From an uncultured bacterium (GTDB lineage Bacteria > Actinomycetota > Humimicrobiia > Humimicrobiales > Humimicrobiaceae), in assembly GCA_965549355.1 (NCBI GenBank), contig CBEVGD010000002.1, positions 1 to 41,254 of the forward strand: DNA of 41,254 bases, given 5' to 3'. Positions 24,951 through 34,963 of this stretch are shown piece by piece; positions within the stretch are counted from its first letter, which is position 1, and each line of letters opens with the position of its first letter. The position numbers and the translations under genes are program-made. Below the pieces are notes generated by a model. It saw nothing but the letters and a program-made list of their open reading frames with translations, did not search any database and was not told where the DNA came from.

Positions 24951-26156
24951 ATGTCAGGGAAAAGAAATTTTGTGTTTACATCAGAATCAGTCACAGAAGG
25001 TCATCCCGATAAGATGGCGGATCAAATATCAGATGCTATTCTTGATGCTATCATTGCCGATGATCCTCTTGCAAGGGTAGCCATTGAGACTCTGATAAAA
25101 ACAGGGATAGTAATTGTGGCAGGTGAAGTCACTACAAATACTTATGTCGAAATACCCGGGATAGTCAGGAATACGATAAAGGGAATCGGCTATACGAGAG
25201 CCAAATACGGTTTTGATTATGAGACCTGCGGAGTGATGGTATCGATAGGTAAACAGTCCTCCAATATTGCACAGGGCGTGAGCAAGGCTCTGGAATCAAG
25301 AGTCGGAAATGGATATGAAGATGAAATAGATACGCAGGGCGCAGGCGATCAGGGCATGATGTTCGGATATGCCTGTAATGAGACTGATGAATATATGCCT
25401 CTTCCAATAATGCTTGCACATAAGCTTGCACACAGGCTTTCTGAAGTAAGAAAAGCGGGGATACTTCCATACCTGAGGCCTGATGGCAAATCACAGGTCA
25501 GTATAAGATATGAGAATGACAGGCCGGTAGCGATCGAGACAATAGTGATCTCATCCCAGCATGCACCCAATATCGATATTGAGACACAGATAAAACCTGA
25601 TATAAAGGAATTTGTAATAAAGCCGATAATACCGGAAGAATATCTTTCCAGCGATTTCGATCTATTTGTGAATCCGACAGGGGAATTTACGATCGGCGGT
25701 CCGATGGGAGATGCAGGGCTGACCGGAAGGAAGATAATAGTAGATACATATGGCGGGACAGCAAGGCATGGAGGGGGAGCTTTTTCAGGAAAAGATCCTT
25801 CAAAAGTCGACCGTTCGGCAGCCTATGCTGCGAGATATGTAGCTAAGAACCTGGTTGCCGCCGGAGCAGCGGACAGACTGGAGCTTGAAGTAGCATATGC
25901 TATAGGAGTATCACATCCGGTATCTGTAATGGTGGAGACTTTCGGTACCGAAAAGGTAGATGCTAAGAAAATAGAAGAAGCCGTAAAAGAAATATTCGAC
26001 CTGCGTCCGGGTGCGATAATAAGAGATCTGGATCTGCTGCGTCCCATATACAAAAAGACTGCTGCCTATGGACATTTTGGAAGGCATGACAGGGACTTCA
26101 CATGGGAAAAACTGGACAGGGTGGATGCAGTTAAGGATTTTCTGGGACTTAAATAG
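24951..26156 (+). CDS. metK: S-adenosylmethionine synthetase
   Basis: Motifs [30 protein letters not shown] and [16 protein letters not shown]. Confidence 0.95.
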   Translation: MSGKRNFVFTSESVTEGHPDKMADQISDAILDAIIADDPLARVAIETLIKTGIVIVAGEVTTNTYVEIPGIVRNTIKGIGYTRAKYGFDYETCGVMVSIGKQSSNIAQGVSKALESRVGNGYEDEIDTQGAGDQGMMFGYACNETDEYMPLPIMLAHKLAHRLSEVRKAGILPYLRPDGKSQVSIRYENDRPVAIETIVISSQHAPNIDIETQIKPDIKEFVIKPIIPEEYLSSDFDLFVNPTGEFTIGGPMGDAGLTGRKIIVDTYGGTARHGGGAFSGKDPSKVDRSAAYAARYVAKNLVAAGAADRLELEVAYAIGVSHPVSVMVETFGTEKVDAKKIEEAVKEIFDLRPGAIIRDLDLLRPIYKKTAAYGHFGRHDRDFTWEKLDRVDAVKDFLGLK

Positions 26157-26264
26157 CTTCTTTATGTAAGCTTTTATATAAACTTTATAGGAATAAATAG
26201 AGATTTTGCCATGCAATAAGGATATCCTGTTCTAAATCGGAAGGTTGGGCTAAAATTATATTTA

Positions 26265-28523
26265 ATGGAACCCGGGCATAAATATGCTGAAGTATATATC
26301 GATATAAGGTCACTGAGTGTCGACCATCCTTTTGATTATATGATACCTCCCGAGATGCTGGATTCGATAAGGACGGGCAGTGTTGTTATCGTACCTGTTT
26401 CGAACCGTAAAGAGATCGGATATGTGGTAAGAGTAAAAGATAAGTCCGCGGTACCCGCGGGCGCGCTCAAAGAGATAGCCGGGCTTGCTCCTGTTTCCCC
26501 CGTTTTTGACGCACAGACGCTCAAACTTGCCATGTGGATGAGCAAATACTATATCCAGCCCCTGACCAGCGTATTAAGGCTATTTCTTCCCCCCGGCAGA
26601 AAGAATAAGAGAGCCCTTCAAAAGAAGGGACAGGGCTATAAATACAGGACAATGATAGAAATCGATAAAAGCGCCTATGGCAAAGTCATAAATGATCCGG
26701 AATGGAAGAGGAGCAAAGCTCAAAAAAGAATATTGGACATGCTTGACCGGAGAGACAGCGGGACGATGGAAAAAGCTATACTGCTAAAGGACTCTTCCAG
26801 CGGCTCCATAAAAAAACTTATTGAAAAGGGGCTCGTAAAGCAAAACAAGCAAAGAGTAAGGCGGGATTTTAGATACGGCAGCCTTCCGGGGGGCAGCGGT
26901 ACGGATATTATCTTGAATCAGTATCAAAGAAAGTGCATCGATCTGGTAGAGAATAGCCTTAAGAAAGGGGAAAGCCGGAAATTCCTGGTACAGGGAGTCA
27001 CCGGCAGCGGCAAGACCGAGATATATATGAATATCTGCAAGAAGGTCATATTAAGCGATAGGAGGGCATTAATACTGGTGCCGGAGATATCCCTTACACC
27101 CCAGCTCTTTTCGAGATTTGAAAAAATGTTTGGCCGCGAGGTAGCGGTCTATCACTCCCATATGAGCGATGGAGAAAGATATGATAAATGGATGGAAATA
27201 CTTGAAGGGGAAGTAAGGCTCGTCATCGGCACAAGGTCCGCTTTGTTCACTCCGATCAAAGATATAGGGATAATAATAATAGATGAGGAGCACGATCCAT
27301 CTTATAAGGAAGGATCCATGGTCAGGTATAATACGCGGGACGTGGCAGCAAGGCTCTCAGAAATAAAAAATATACCGCTTTTAATGGGAAGCGCCACGCC
27401 ATCCGTCACTACAAGATATATGGTAGATAATAGAAAGGATTATACGCTGCTGAGGGTCCCGGTCAGGGCCCGGAGTTCAAAAAAGGTGAAAAGACAGGTC
27501 GTGGACCTGCGGACCATAGACAGGAAAAAGGAAGATGAATTTATAACTCCGGCGCTTCATAAGGCAATAAGAGAAGAGCTCGAGAAGGATAATAAAGTAA
27601 TAATATTTATAAATCGGCGGGGTTTTTCAAATTTTGTGGTTTGCACCGGATGCGGCAATGTTCCCGAATGTCCGGCCTGCGAACTTTCATATAATTACCA
27701 CCGCGACAGCGGTAAGCTTATATGCCATCACTGCGGCAGGGAAGAAAAATATACAGGTGTCTGCAGACAGTGTCAGACGGCAAATCTTTTTCTCGCAGGA
27801 AGCGGCATACAGAGAGTAGAGGAAAAGATAAGGGCCAGATTCGGGGATGTCCCCATATATAGAATGGATTCGGATATCACCAAAAAGAAGAAATCACATC
27901 AGGATATAATCGGAGGTTTTTCCGCCCCGGGAAGAGCTATGATGATAGGGACGCAGATGATAGCCAAGGGCCTTGATATAGAGGATGTCACTCTTGTGGG
28001 TGTGATAAACTGCGACGGGATGTTTTCACTGCCGGATTACCATATGAATGAAAGAGCATATCAGCTGATAACGCAGGTAGCTGGAAGAGCAGGAAGAAAG
28101 GACAAGGAAGGCAGGGTCATAATACAGACCTATAGGCCGGATGCGGGGGTTATCGCACATCTTATGGATGAAGATTATGAAAAGTTCTATAGAGAAGAGC
28201 TTGAGAGCAGGAGAGAGCTTTCCTACCCTCCTTTTTCAAATCTTGTAAATATAATAATATCGGGCCATAATGCATTGGCGGTAAAGGATGAGGCAAAAAA
28301 ATTACTGGATAAAATAAATAAAGATATTAAAATAAATACTGATATACTGGGACCGGCTCAGGCACCTTTTTATAAGATAAATAAGTTTTACCGCTGGCAT
28401 ATACTTTTAAAGACAAAAGAAATAGACAGTCTCACCCGGGAGCTGGGAGAGCTGCTCAAAAGCTATAGGAAGAATAAGGATATAAGGCTCATAATAGATA
28501 TCGACCCGGAATGGATACTATGA
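26265..28523 (+). CDS. priA: Primosomal replication restart helicase PriA
   Basis: Walker A GVTGSGKTE, DEEHD box, and cysteine-rich zinc region CTGCGNVPECPACELSYNYH...CHHCG. Confidence 0.92.
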   Translation: MEPGHKYAEVYIDIRSLSVDHPFDYMIPPEMLDSIRTGSVVIVPVSNRKEIGYVVRVKDKSAVPAGALKEIAGLAPVSPVFDAQTLKLAMWMSKYYIQPLTSVLRLFLPPGRKNKRALQKKGQGYKYRTMIEIDKSAYGKVINDPEWKRSKAQKRILDMLDRRDSGTMEKAILLKDSSSGSIKKLIEKGLVKQNKQRVRRDFRYGSLPGGSGTDIILNQYQRKCIDLVENSLKKGESRKFLVQGVTGSGKTEIYMNICKKVILSDRRALILVPEISLTPQLFSRFEKMFGREVAVYHSHMSDGERYDKWMEILEGEVRLVIGTRSALFTPIKDIGIIIIDEEHDPSYKEGSMVRYNTRDVAARLSEIKNIPLLMGSATPSVTTRYMVDNRKDYTLLRVPVRARSSKKVKRQVVDLRTIDRKKEDEFITPALHKAIREELEKDNKVIIFINRRGFSNFVVCTGCGNVPECPACELSYNYHRDSGKLICHHCGREEKYTGVCRQCQTANLFLAGSGIQRVEEKIRARFGDVPIYRMDSDITKKKKSHQDIIGGFSAPGRAMMIGTQMIAKGLDIEDVTLVGVINCDGMFSLPDYHMNERAYQLITQVAGRAGRKDKEGRVIIQTYRPDAGVIAHLMDEDYEKFYREELESRRELSYPPFSNLVNIIISGHNALAVKDEAKKLLDKINKDIKINTDILGPAQAPFYKINKFYRWHILLKTKEIDSLTRELGELLKSYRKNKDIRLIIDIDPEWIL

Positions 28524-28536
28524 ACAGGAGAGGGAC

Positions 28537-29028
28537 ATGGCAATAAAGCAAGTAAGAAAGATCGGAGATCCGGTTCTGAGAGAGACTTCAAGTGAAGTAG
28601 AAAAAATAGACCGGAATATGCTAGACCTGGTCAAAAACATGCTTGATACCCTCCAGGATGAAGGAGGAGTAGGGCTGGCTGCCCCGCAGATAGGCATAAA
28701 AAAGAGGGTAATAATAGTGCGGTTTGAAGATAAAGTACAGACTTATGTCAATCCTGAGATAGAGGTCATGGGCAATGAAATGAATGAAGACGATGAAGGG
28801 TGTCTGTCCATATATTCAATCCAGGGTTTTCGGGTCAAAAGATATTCAAAAATAAAGGTAAAGGCTGGCGATCTCAGGGGGAGATCTGTGGAATTTATAG
28901 CAGAGGATCTCCTTGCGAGGATAATCCAGCATGAAGTGGATCATCTAAACGGCAAACTGTTTATTGACCATCTCGATGCAGATTCAAAGATGGAGCTTCT
29001 AAAAAAGATTGATGAGATCACTTCATAA
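28537..29028 (+). CDS. def: Peptide deformylase
   Basis: Motifs GVGLAAPQIG, EGCLS and HEVDHLNG. Confidence 0.92.
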   Translation: MAIKQVRKIGDPVLRETSSEVEKIDRNMLDLVKNMLDTLQDEGGVGLAAPQIGIKKRVIIVRFEDKVQTYVNPEIEVMGNEMNEDDEGCLSIYSIQGFRVKRYSKIKVKAGDLRGRSVEFIAEDLLARIIQHEVDHLNGKLFIDHLDADSKMELLKKIDEITS

Positions 29029-29071
29029 AATTATTTTTTAAACCATCTTTTAAGAATAAGGAGATAATATA

Positions 29072-30010
29072 TTGAAAATAGCATATATAGGCTCTTCTGA
29101 GTTCTCGGTGCCTTTCCTTGAAAAGATAGATGATTCGCGCCATGAAGTGACAGGGGTCTTCACATATAAGGATAAGAAAAAAGGAAGGGGCAGAAAACTG
29201 CTGTCAAATCCTGTGAAGAAATGTGCAGCAAGCAGGGGGATTCCGGTTCATGAGATCTCAGAATGCGGCACTGTCTTCATGGAGAAGCTTTCAGCGGTTC
29301 CGTTTGACTATGCGGTAGTAGTGTCTTTCGGGATGATACTCCCGGCGGAAGTATTTAAAAGATGGCCGCAGTCCTGGCTCAATGTCCATCCATCTATGCT
29401 GCCTGCCTATAGAGGTCCGTCTCCGATGATAAGCGCTCTTCTTGAAGGGGCAGCTGTTACCGGAGTGACCATAAATGAGGTAGTATATGAAGTGGATACC
29501 GGCAGGATCTTTGCCCAAAAAGGCTTCAGTATAGCCGATTCTGATAATCTGGATGATCTTGAGAAAAAGGCGGTAAAGTTCGGGGCTCCTCTTCTTATTA
29601 ATGTGCTTGATCTAATTGAGGACACCGGGTATGAGCCCCGCCCCCAGGGAAACAGGGGGATCACCTATACAAGAAAAATCACTGCCGGCGACCTCAGGAT
29701 AGACTGGTCAGGAAAAGCTGCAGAAATAGTAAACAGAATAAGGGCCCTCTCAACAAAGCCGGGCGCCTATACGGAATATAGGGACGGGAAGATAAAAATA
29801 CTGAGGGCATCTGTTATTGCAAAAGGCAAAAAGGGCGCTTCTGCGGGGGAAATAATCTATGCTGATAAAAATGAAGGGCTCATAGTGAATTGCGGCGGAG
29901 GCGGGGCAGTAAGTATTGAAGTGCTTCAGCCGCAGGGGAAAAAGACGATGGATCATAAAAGCTTTATAAATGGATATGGACCCGAAACAGGTTCTATTAT
30001 GGGAAAGTAA
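29072..30010 (+). CDS. fmt: Methionyl-tRNA formyltransferase
   Basis: Formyltransferase N-domain (NVHPSMLPAYRGPSPM) plus a C-terminal domain. TTG start preceded by GGAG. It lies downstream of def. Confidence 0.9.
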   Translation: MKIAYIGSSEFSVPFLEKIDDSRHEVTGVFTYKDKKKGRGRKLLSNPVKKCAASRGIPVHEISECGTVFMEKLSAVPFDYAVVVSFGMILPAEVFKRWPQSWLNVHPSMLPAYRGPSPMISALLEGAAVTGVTINEVVYEVDTGRIFAQKGFSIADSDNLDDLEKKAVKFGAPLLINVLDLIEDTGYEPRPQGNRGITYTRKITAGDLRIDWSGKAAEIVNRIRALSTKPGAYTEYRDGKIKILRASVIAKGKKGASAGEIIYADKNEGLIVNCGGGGAVSIEVLQPQGKKTMDHKSFINGYGPETGSIMGK

Positions 30011-30015
30011 AAAAA

Positions 30016-31512
30016 ATGAGTACAGGAAAAATAAATCCCCGGGCAGCGGCTCTGGATATACTGAACCGCTACTTCAAAAAAGACAGTTCACTTAAAGAAC
30101 TTATTTCAGAGAGTCTGGAGAGATTGAACTATTCCAGCCTTGACCGCAGATTTATTTTTAATATTGTCAAAGGGACAGTCAGATATGTATTAAGGTCCGA
30201 CTTTATTATATCAAATTTATCAAATAGAAAAACTTCCAATATCGAACCGGGCATACTTAATATACTGAGGATGGGTATCTATCAATTTCATTTCATGGAC
30301 AGAGTTCCTGCATACTCGATCGTAAATGAGAGCGTGAAACTTGCAAAAGATGTTAATAGAGCTGCTTCCGGCTTTGTGAATGCGGTGATGCGCAGGGCAT
30401 CGGAAATAGACGATCCGGATAAGTATCTTATAGATATGCTTCGAAAGCAGAAAGCCGGAGACGAAAAGAAACTATCGGTCATTCACTCATTTCCGGAATG
30501 GATGATTAAATACTGGACGGGTTATTTTAAAAAAGAAAAAACCGCCCGTATCTGCGCCCGGCTTAACCAAATCCCCGGATTCTATATTAGAATAAATATG
30601 GACAGGTATATAGAAAAAATAGGTGCAGATGATCCAGTGGAATGTACATATGCCGGAATCCTGGATGGACTTAAAAATATAAAGGCAGAACCGGCCGGAT
30701 TAGCTGCCGGCGGTATTGGCAGACTTGAGGGGGGCTTCCGGAAAGTATTTGAACCGGCAGCTTCAAGATACTTAAAAAAGGGACAGCCGGTATTTAAGGA
30801 AGCTGCCCTGATCTCATCGGCTATGGGGCTTGAAAAGGAAAAGCTGTATAGAGATGGCATTATCAGCGTACAGGACATTTCATCTCAGATGGCCATAAAA
30901 TATTTCCTTGAACCGGGGCCGGAAGAAAAGATACTTGACTGCTGCGCCGCACCCGGGGGAAAGGCGTCATTTGCGGCACAGCTTATGAAAAACAGCGGAT
31001 ATGTACTGGCAGTAGATAAAAGTACGGAGAAAATAAAGATCCTTTCAGAAAATCTGAAAAGGCTGGGATCAAAAAATGTGGACACTCTTCTTTCGGATTC
31101 TTCCATGCCTGGATTTCTCGACAGGATGAAAAACGATTATTTGGATTATTTTGACAGCATTATTGTTGATGCTCCCTGCAGCGCACTGGGGACTATAGCA
31201 AAAAATCCCGGGGCCAAATATAATAAAAATTTTAATGACATAGAGAGGCTTTCAGATCTGGCACTGGACATAATGACTGCCTGCGATCCCTATCTGAAAA
31301 AAGGCGGCAGGATGCTTTTCTATACATGTACCATATCCCCGGTAGAAAACGGACAAACAGTAAGGCGCTTTTTAGATTTGCTAAAAGGCAGATATGCAGT
31401 AGCCGAAAATATTGATACTGCAGGTAATCCTGTAAAAATGGAAATGGAGATAATGCCGTATTACCTTGAAAGCGAAGGCGGATATTTTTGTGTCCTCAAA
31501 AAGAAGGTCTAA
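30016..31512 (+). CDS. rsmB: 16S rRNA (cytosine967-C5)-methyltransferase RsmB/Sun
   Basis: NusB-like N-terminus and a SAM methyltransferase core (DCCAAPGGK, DAPCSALGT, YTCTISPVEN). It is somewhat longer than typical because of an insertion before the methyltransferase domain. Confidence 0.85.
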   Translation: MSTGKINPRAAALDILNRYFKKDSSLKELISESLERLNYSSLDRRFIFNIVKGTVRYVLRSDFIISNLSNRKTSNIEPGILNILRMGIYQFHFMDRVPAYSIVNESVKLAKDVNRAASGFVNAVMRRASEIDDPDKYLIDMLRKQKAGDEKKLSVIHSFPEWMIKYWTGYFKKEKTARICARLNQIPGFYIRINMDRYIEKIGADDPVECTYAGILDGLKNIKAEPAGLAAGGIGRLEGGFRKVFEPAASRYLKKGQPVFKEAALISSAMGLEKEKLYRDGIISVQDISSQMAIKYFLEPGPEEKILDCCAAPGGKASFAAQLMKNSGYVLAVDKSTEKIKILSENLKRLGSKNVDTLLSDSSMPGFLDRMKNDYLDYFDSIIVDAPCSALGTIAKNPGAKYNKNFNDIERLSDLALDIMTACDPYLKKGGRMLFYTCTISPVENGQTVRRFLDLLKGRYAVAENIDTAGNPVKMEMEIMPYYLESEGGYFCVLKKKV

Positions 31513-31529
31513 AAATAAGCAAGTAAAGG

Positions 31530-31721
31530 TCAGACTACTTTCTTTACTTTATTTGCCTTAAGGCAGTTGGTGCAGATATGTATATTTTTTACTTTCCCGT
31601 TTATCTCCACTCTTGCTTTCTGTATATTAGGTTTAAATACTCTTCTTGTCTTTTTATGTGAATGGCTCACATTATTTCCAAACATCGGCTTTTTCCCGCA
31701 AATATCACACATCCTTGACAT
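31530..31721 (-). CDS. rpmB: 50S ribosomal protein L28
   Basis: MSRMCDICGKKPMFGNNVSHSHKKTRRVFKPNIQK... is the canonical L28 N-terminus. It is one of only three minus-strand reading frames called, and the only intact one (the others are the PIN and XRE remnants). Confidence 0.92.
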   Translation of the reverse strand: MSRMCDICGKKPMFGNNVSHSHKKTRRVFKPNIQKARVEINGKVKNIHICTNCLKANKVKKVV

Positions 31722-32009
31722 TTTTCTCTCTCTTTTCTATATATTTTACTTATCTACTTAAAAATATTCCGGTAGAATAAATAGTTATTTTTTAAAAATT
31801 TTGGTAAGTTATAAAAACTCAAGGAATATTATCACTTTATTTTATTATTTTCAAGAAAAAGCCGGCAGGGTTGGCAAAGTAAAATGACAGCTAAAATATG
31901 AGAAGGACCGATATGCTGACATTATTAATAAATTGATATAAAAAGGGAAACTATTAATAAAGGAATTAGTCAGTTATAAATGACTAAAAGAATATACTTG
32001 TTATAATAT

Positions 32010-32028
32010 CGGGAGCCTGTCCGGGAAC
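32010..32028 (-). repeat. Copy 2 of the 19-nt motif (inverted orientation)
   Basis: CGGGAGCCTGTCCGGGAAC is the exact reverse complement of 11296-11314. It lies 2 nt after a TATAAT (32002-32007), in the rpmB / DAK2 divergent intergenic region. Confidence 0.6.
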
Positions 32029-32065
32029 TATTTGAAAAACTATTATTAATAATGGTGGGTCATAT

Positions 32066-33808
32066 ATGGAAAAAAGAATAGAGGAAAAAGTACTGGAAGA
32101 GATTGCGGATGTTGTTATTTTTCATTTCAAAAAGAATGAATCTAAAATAAATGATATGAATGTATTCCCTGTGCCCGATGGAGACACGGGGACAAATATG
32201 CTTCTGACCCTGAGATCCATTAAGGAAGGAATAATGGGGACAAGGAATCCCACTATAAAATCAATCCTTGAAAATGCCTCAATGGGGGCGCTTATGGGTG
32301 CAAGGGGTAATTCAGGAGTAATACTTTCACAGATAGTCGGGGGATTTTTTGAGATCCTGATAAAAAGCGAACAGTTTGATCTTGATACGATCAGGGAAGC
32401 TCTGAGATCATCCAGGGATGTAGCATATGGATCCGTTCAGAACCCCACAGAGGGTACGATGCTGACAACAATCAAAGATATATGCAGCCATGTAGAGGAA
32501 ATATGCGAGGACGATAAGGTTGAGGATATGAAGCTGGAGAAACTTCTTGACAGCATAATAGAGGAAGCAGAAAAGTCAGTCGAGAGAACAATATTTTTAC
32601 TTCCGGTCCTAAAACAGGCCAATGTCGTGGATGCAGGCGCCAGGGGGATCCTGGAAATACTGATAGGCATAAGGCACGCATTCTCAAATCACAGCAAGGT
32701 AAATGGCAATCTCAAAATGAAATTATCCAGCGGCAATGGTTCCAGAGGAAAGAAGACTGCGATCATCAATAAGAGCGGAAGCTTAAACGGCGGGGACGGC
32801 CGGATAGAAAATATAATCCAGGAGGGGACCATGGGAAAGAACAGGGACCTTGAAGAAGTAAAACTCACATCTGAAATAAAATATACATATTGTACCGAGC
32901 TGGTCGTAAAGGGAAGCGGTATAAATATTGAGAGGCTGAGGGAAAAGATTGAAAGCTATGGAGATAGCGCCCTTATAGTCGGCAATGAGAATCTGGTTAA
33001 GATCCATGTTCACACAAATTCACCGCAGAAAGTATTGAACCGGGCGATGAGGGCAGGGAGCCTCCATGACATACAGATAAATAATATGAAGGACCAGAGG
33101 CTGGAAATAGTCGGCACAGAGGCAGAGAAGAAAGAAGCCGGCCCGGCGATAAAGAGGGCGCATATAGTTGTCTCAAATGGAGAAGGGCTTGAAGAAATAT
33201 TTAAAAGTATCGGAGTTGATATCATATTAAGCGGGGGCCAGAGCATGAATCCCTCTACTTATGATATTGTAAAGGCAATAAATAGCCTTGACGCTGCCGA
33301 AATACTGATCTTTCCAAATAATAAAAATATTATCCTTACGGCAAACCAGGCCAAAAAACTTGTAAAGAAAAAAACTATAACGGTCGTACCGACAAGGACG
33401 ATCCCCGAAGGAATATCGGCTGTGCTGAGCTATAATCCGGATGCCGGCATGGAAGAGAATGCGTATAATATGGGACAGGCCATTAAGATGAGTAAAAGCG
33501 GTGAGATAACACGTGCCGTAAGAGATGCAAAATTGCATGTCGGAGAGATAAAGAAAGGTGCATATATCGGACTCTTCAATGGCGAAGTCAAAATAATCTC
33601 AGACGATATAATAGATGCGGCAACGGACCTGATAAGGGATATGCTGGACGGCAATGAAGAGGTCATCACATTCTATACGGGAAAAGAGGCGGACAGTGCG
33701 GATATTAAAGCTTTAAAGGAAAAGGTCGCAAAATTATATCCTAAGATAGATCTGGAGATTCATAAGGGCGGTCAGCCTCTTTATCCTTTTATTTTTTCAA
33801 TCGAATAG
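32066..33808 (+). CDS. DAK2-domain fusion protein (YloV family)
   Basis: DAK2 motifs FPVPDGDTGTNM and GARGNSGVILSQ, with a C-terminal DegV/YloV-type domain. Its position divergent from rpmB is conserved in Gram-positive bacteria. Confidence 0.85.
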   Translation: MEKRIEEKVLEEIADVVIFHFKKNESKINDMNVFPVPDGDTGTNMLLTLRSIKEGIMGTRNPTIKSILENASMGALMGARGNSGVILSQIVGGFFEILIKSEQFDLDTIREALRSSRDVAYGSVQNPTEGTMLTTIKDICSHVEEICEDDKVEDMKLEKLLDSIIEEAEKSVERTIFLLPVLKQANVVDAGARGILEILIGIRHAFSNHSKVNGNLKMKLSSGNGSRGKKTAIINKSGSLNGGDGRIENIIQEGTMGKNRDLEEVKLTSEIKYTYCTELVVKGSGINIERLREKIESYGDSALIVGNENLVKIHVHTNSPQKVLNRAMRAGSLHDIQINNMKDQRLEIVGTEAEKKEAGPAIKRAHIVVSNGEGLEEIFKSIGVDIILSGGQSMNPSTYDIVKAINSLDAAEILIFPNNKNIILTANQAKKLVKKKTITVVPTRTIPEGISAVLSYNPDAGMEENAYNMGQAIKMSKSGEITRAVRDAKLHVGEIKKGAYIGLFNGEVKIISDDIIDAATDLIRDMLDGNEEVITFYTGKEADSADIKALKEKVAKLYPKIDLEIHKGGQPLYPFIFSIE

Positions 33809-33827
33809 CGGCAAATGGTGATTTTCT

Positions 33828-34406
33828 ATCAGGATAATCTCAGGAAAATTCAAAGGCAGGAAGCTAAAAGCACCTTCAGATTACAGCATAAGACCGACTC
33901 TGGACCGCGTGAAAGAAAGTATTTTTAGTGTTCTCGGCAGCAGAATAGCAGGCATGGCAGTGCTCGATCTTTTTTCGGGGACCGGATCCCTGGGGCTTGA
34001 ATCCTTAAGCAGGGGCTGCAGCCTGGTATATTTTGTTGATAAAGATGCTCAATCCATGGATCTGATAAGATATAATACTGAAAACCTGGCTTCAAACCAG
34101 ACAGATATTGGAAGCTTTGAAATAATACAAAAAGATATATTGGAATATTTAAGGTTTTGCAATATTAAAAAGTGGGATATAATCTTTCTTGATCCGCCAT
34201 ACAGGATCGATGCGGATATAATGAAAAGTATTTTTGATATTATTGCGGAAAGCGGCATTGCTGCAGAGAAGACTTTGCTGGTATATGAGTTTTTTTTTAA
34301 AAGAGATATAGAAGAAGAGATTGGGAAACTTAAAATAGTGAAACAGTCTTTTTTTGGGGACAAGAAGGTCGTATATCTTGAGCTTAAGGAGCCTTCCGGC
34401 AAGTAG
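33828..34406 (+). CDS. rsmD: 16S rRNA (guanine966-N2)-methyltransferase RsmD, apparently starting at ATC
   Basis: Codons 33831 onward read RIISGKFKGRKLKAPSDYSIRPTLDRVKESIFSVLG, which is the conserved RsmD N-terminus. Later motifs are DLFSGTGSLGLE and FLDPPY. An in-frame TGA at 19 codon... see finding at 33817-33911: TGA at 33819-33821 blocks any upstream extension, and GGTGA (33817-33821) lies 6 nt before the ATC at 33828. The ORF track starts at GTG 33909. Confidence 0.75.
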   Translation: MRIISGKFKGRKLKAPSDYSIRPTLDRVKESIFSVLGSRIAGMAVLDLFSGTGSLGLESLSRGCSLVYFVDKDAQSMDLIRYNTENLASNQTDIGSFEIIQKDILEYLRFCNIKKWDIIFLDPPYRIDADIMKSIFDIIAESGIAAEKTLLVYEFFFKRDIEEEIGKLKIVKQSFFGDKKVVYLELKEPSGK

Positions 34407-34430
34407 CGGCAGCAGGCCCGGAGATTTTTT

Positions 34431-34925
34431 ATGGAAAAGACAGCGATATGTCCGGGGACCTATGATCCCCTTACAGAAGGACACCGGGATGTAATAATCA
34501 GGTGCTCCAGAGTGTTTAAGAAAGTAATAGTGGCGATCTCGAATAATACCGGGAAAAATCCATTATACAGTCTTGAAAAGAGGATGGATTTTGTCAGGCG
34601 CTCACTGGCAAATATAAGTAATATCGAAATCGCACCTTTTGAGGGTCTTCTCGTAGATCTGGCCAAAAAGATGGATGCAGAGGTCATTGTCAAGGGACTG
34701 AGGGCGATATCGGATTTTGAAAATGAATTTCAGATGGCGCAAATAAATAAAAAATTGAAACCGGAGCTGGAGACGATGTTTCTGGTCACCAATCCCAGAT
34801 ATGCATATTTGAGTTCCAGCGCAGTAAAGGAAGTGGCCGGATTCGGGGGGTGCATTACCGGACTCGTACCGGAGGAGATCGAGAAAGAAATAGTAGAAGG
34901 TTTTAAAAGCGGAGTGTTTGACTGA
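34431..34925 (+). CDS. coaD: Phosphopantetheine adenylyltransferase
   Basis: ICPGTYDPLTEGHRDVI (the T/H.GH motif), plus KGLRAISDFE and SSSAVKE. Confidence 0.92.
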   Translation: MEKTAICPGTYDPLTEGHRDVIIRCSRVFKKVIVAISNNTGKNPLYSLEKRMDFVRRSLANISNIEIAPFEGLLVDLAKKMDAEVIVKGLRAISDFENEFQMAQINKKLKPELETMFLVTNPRYAYLSSSAVKEVAGFGGCITGLVPEEIEKEIVEGFKSGVFD

Positions 34926-34963
34926 TATATAAATAGTAAAACCGTATATGAAAAGAGAGCAGG

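Noticed and set aside
26155-26176. Hairpin AGCTT/AAGCT after metK as a terminator
   Set aside because: It has only a 5-bp stem and an interrupted T-run (TTTAT), which is too weak to call.
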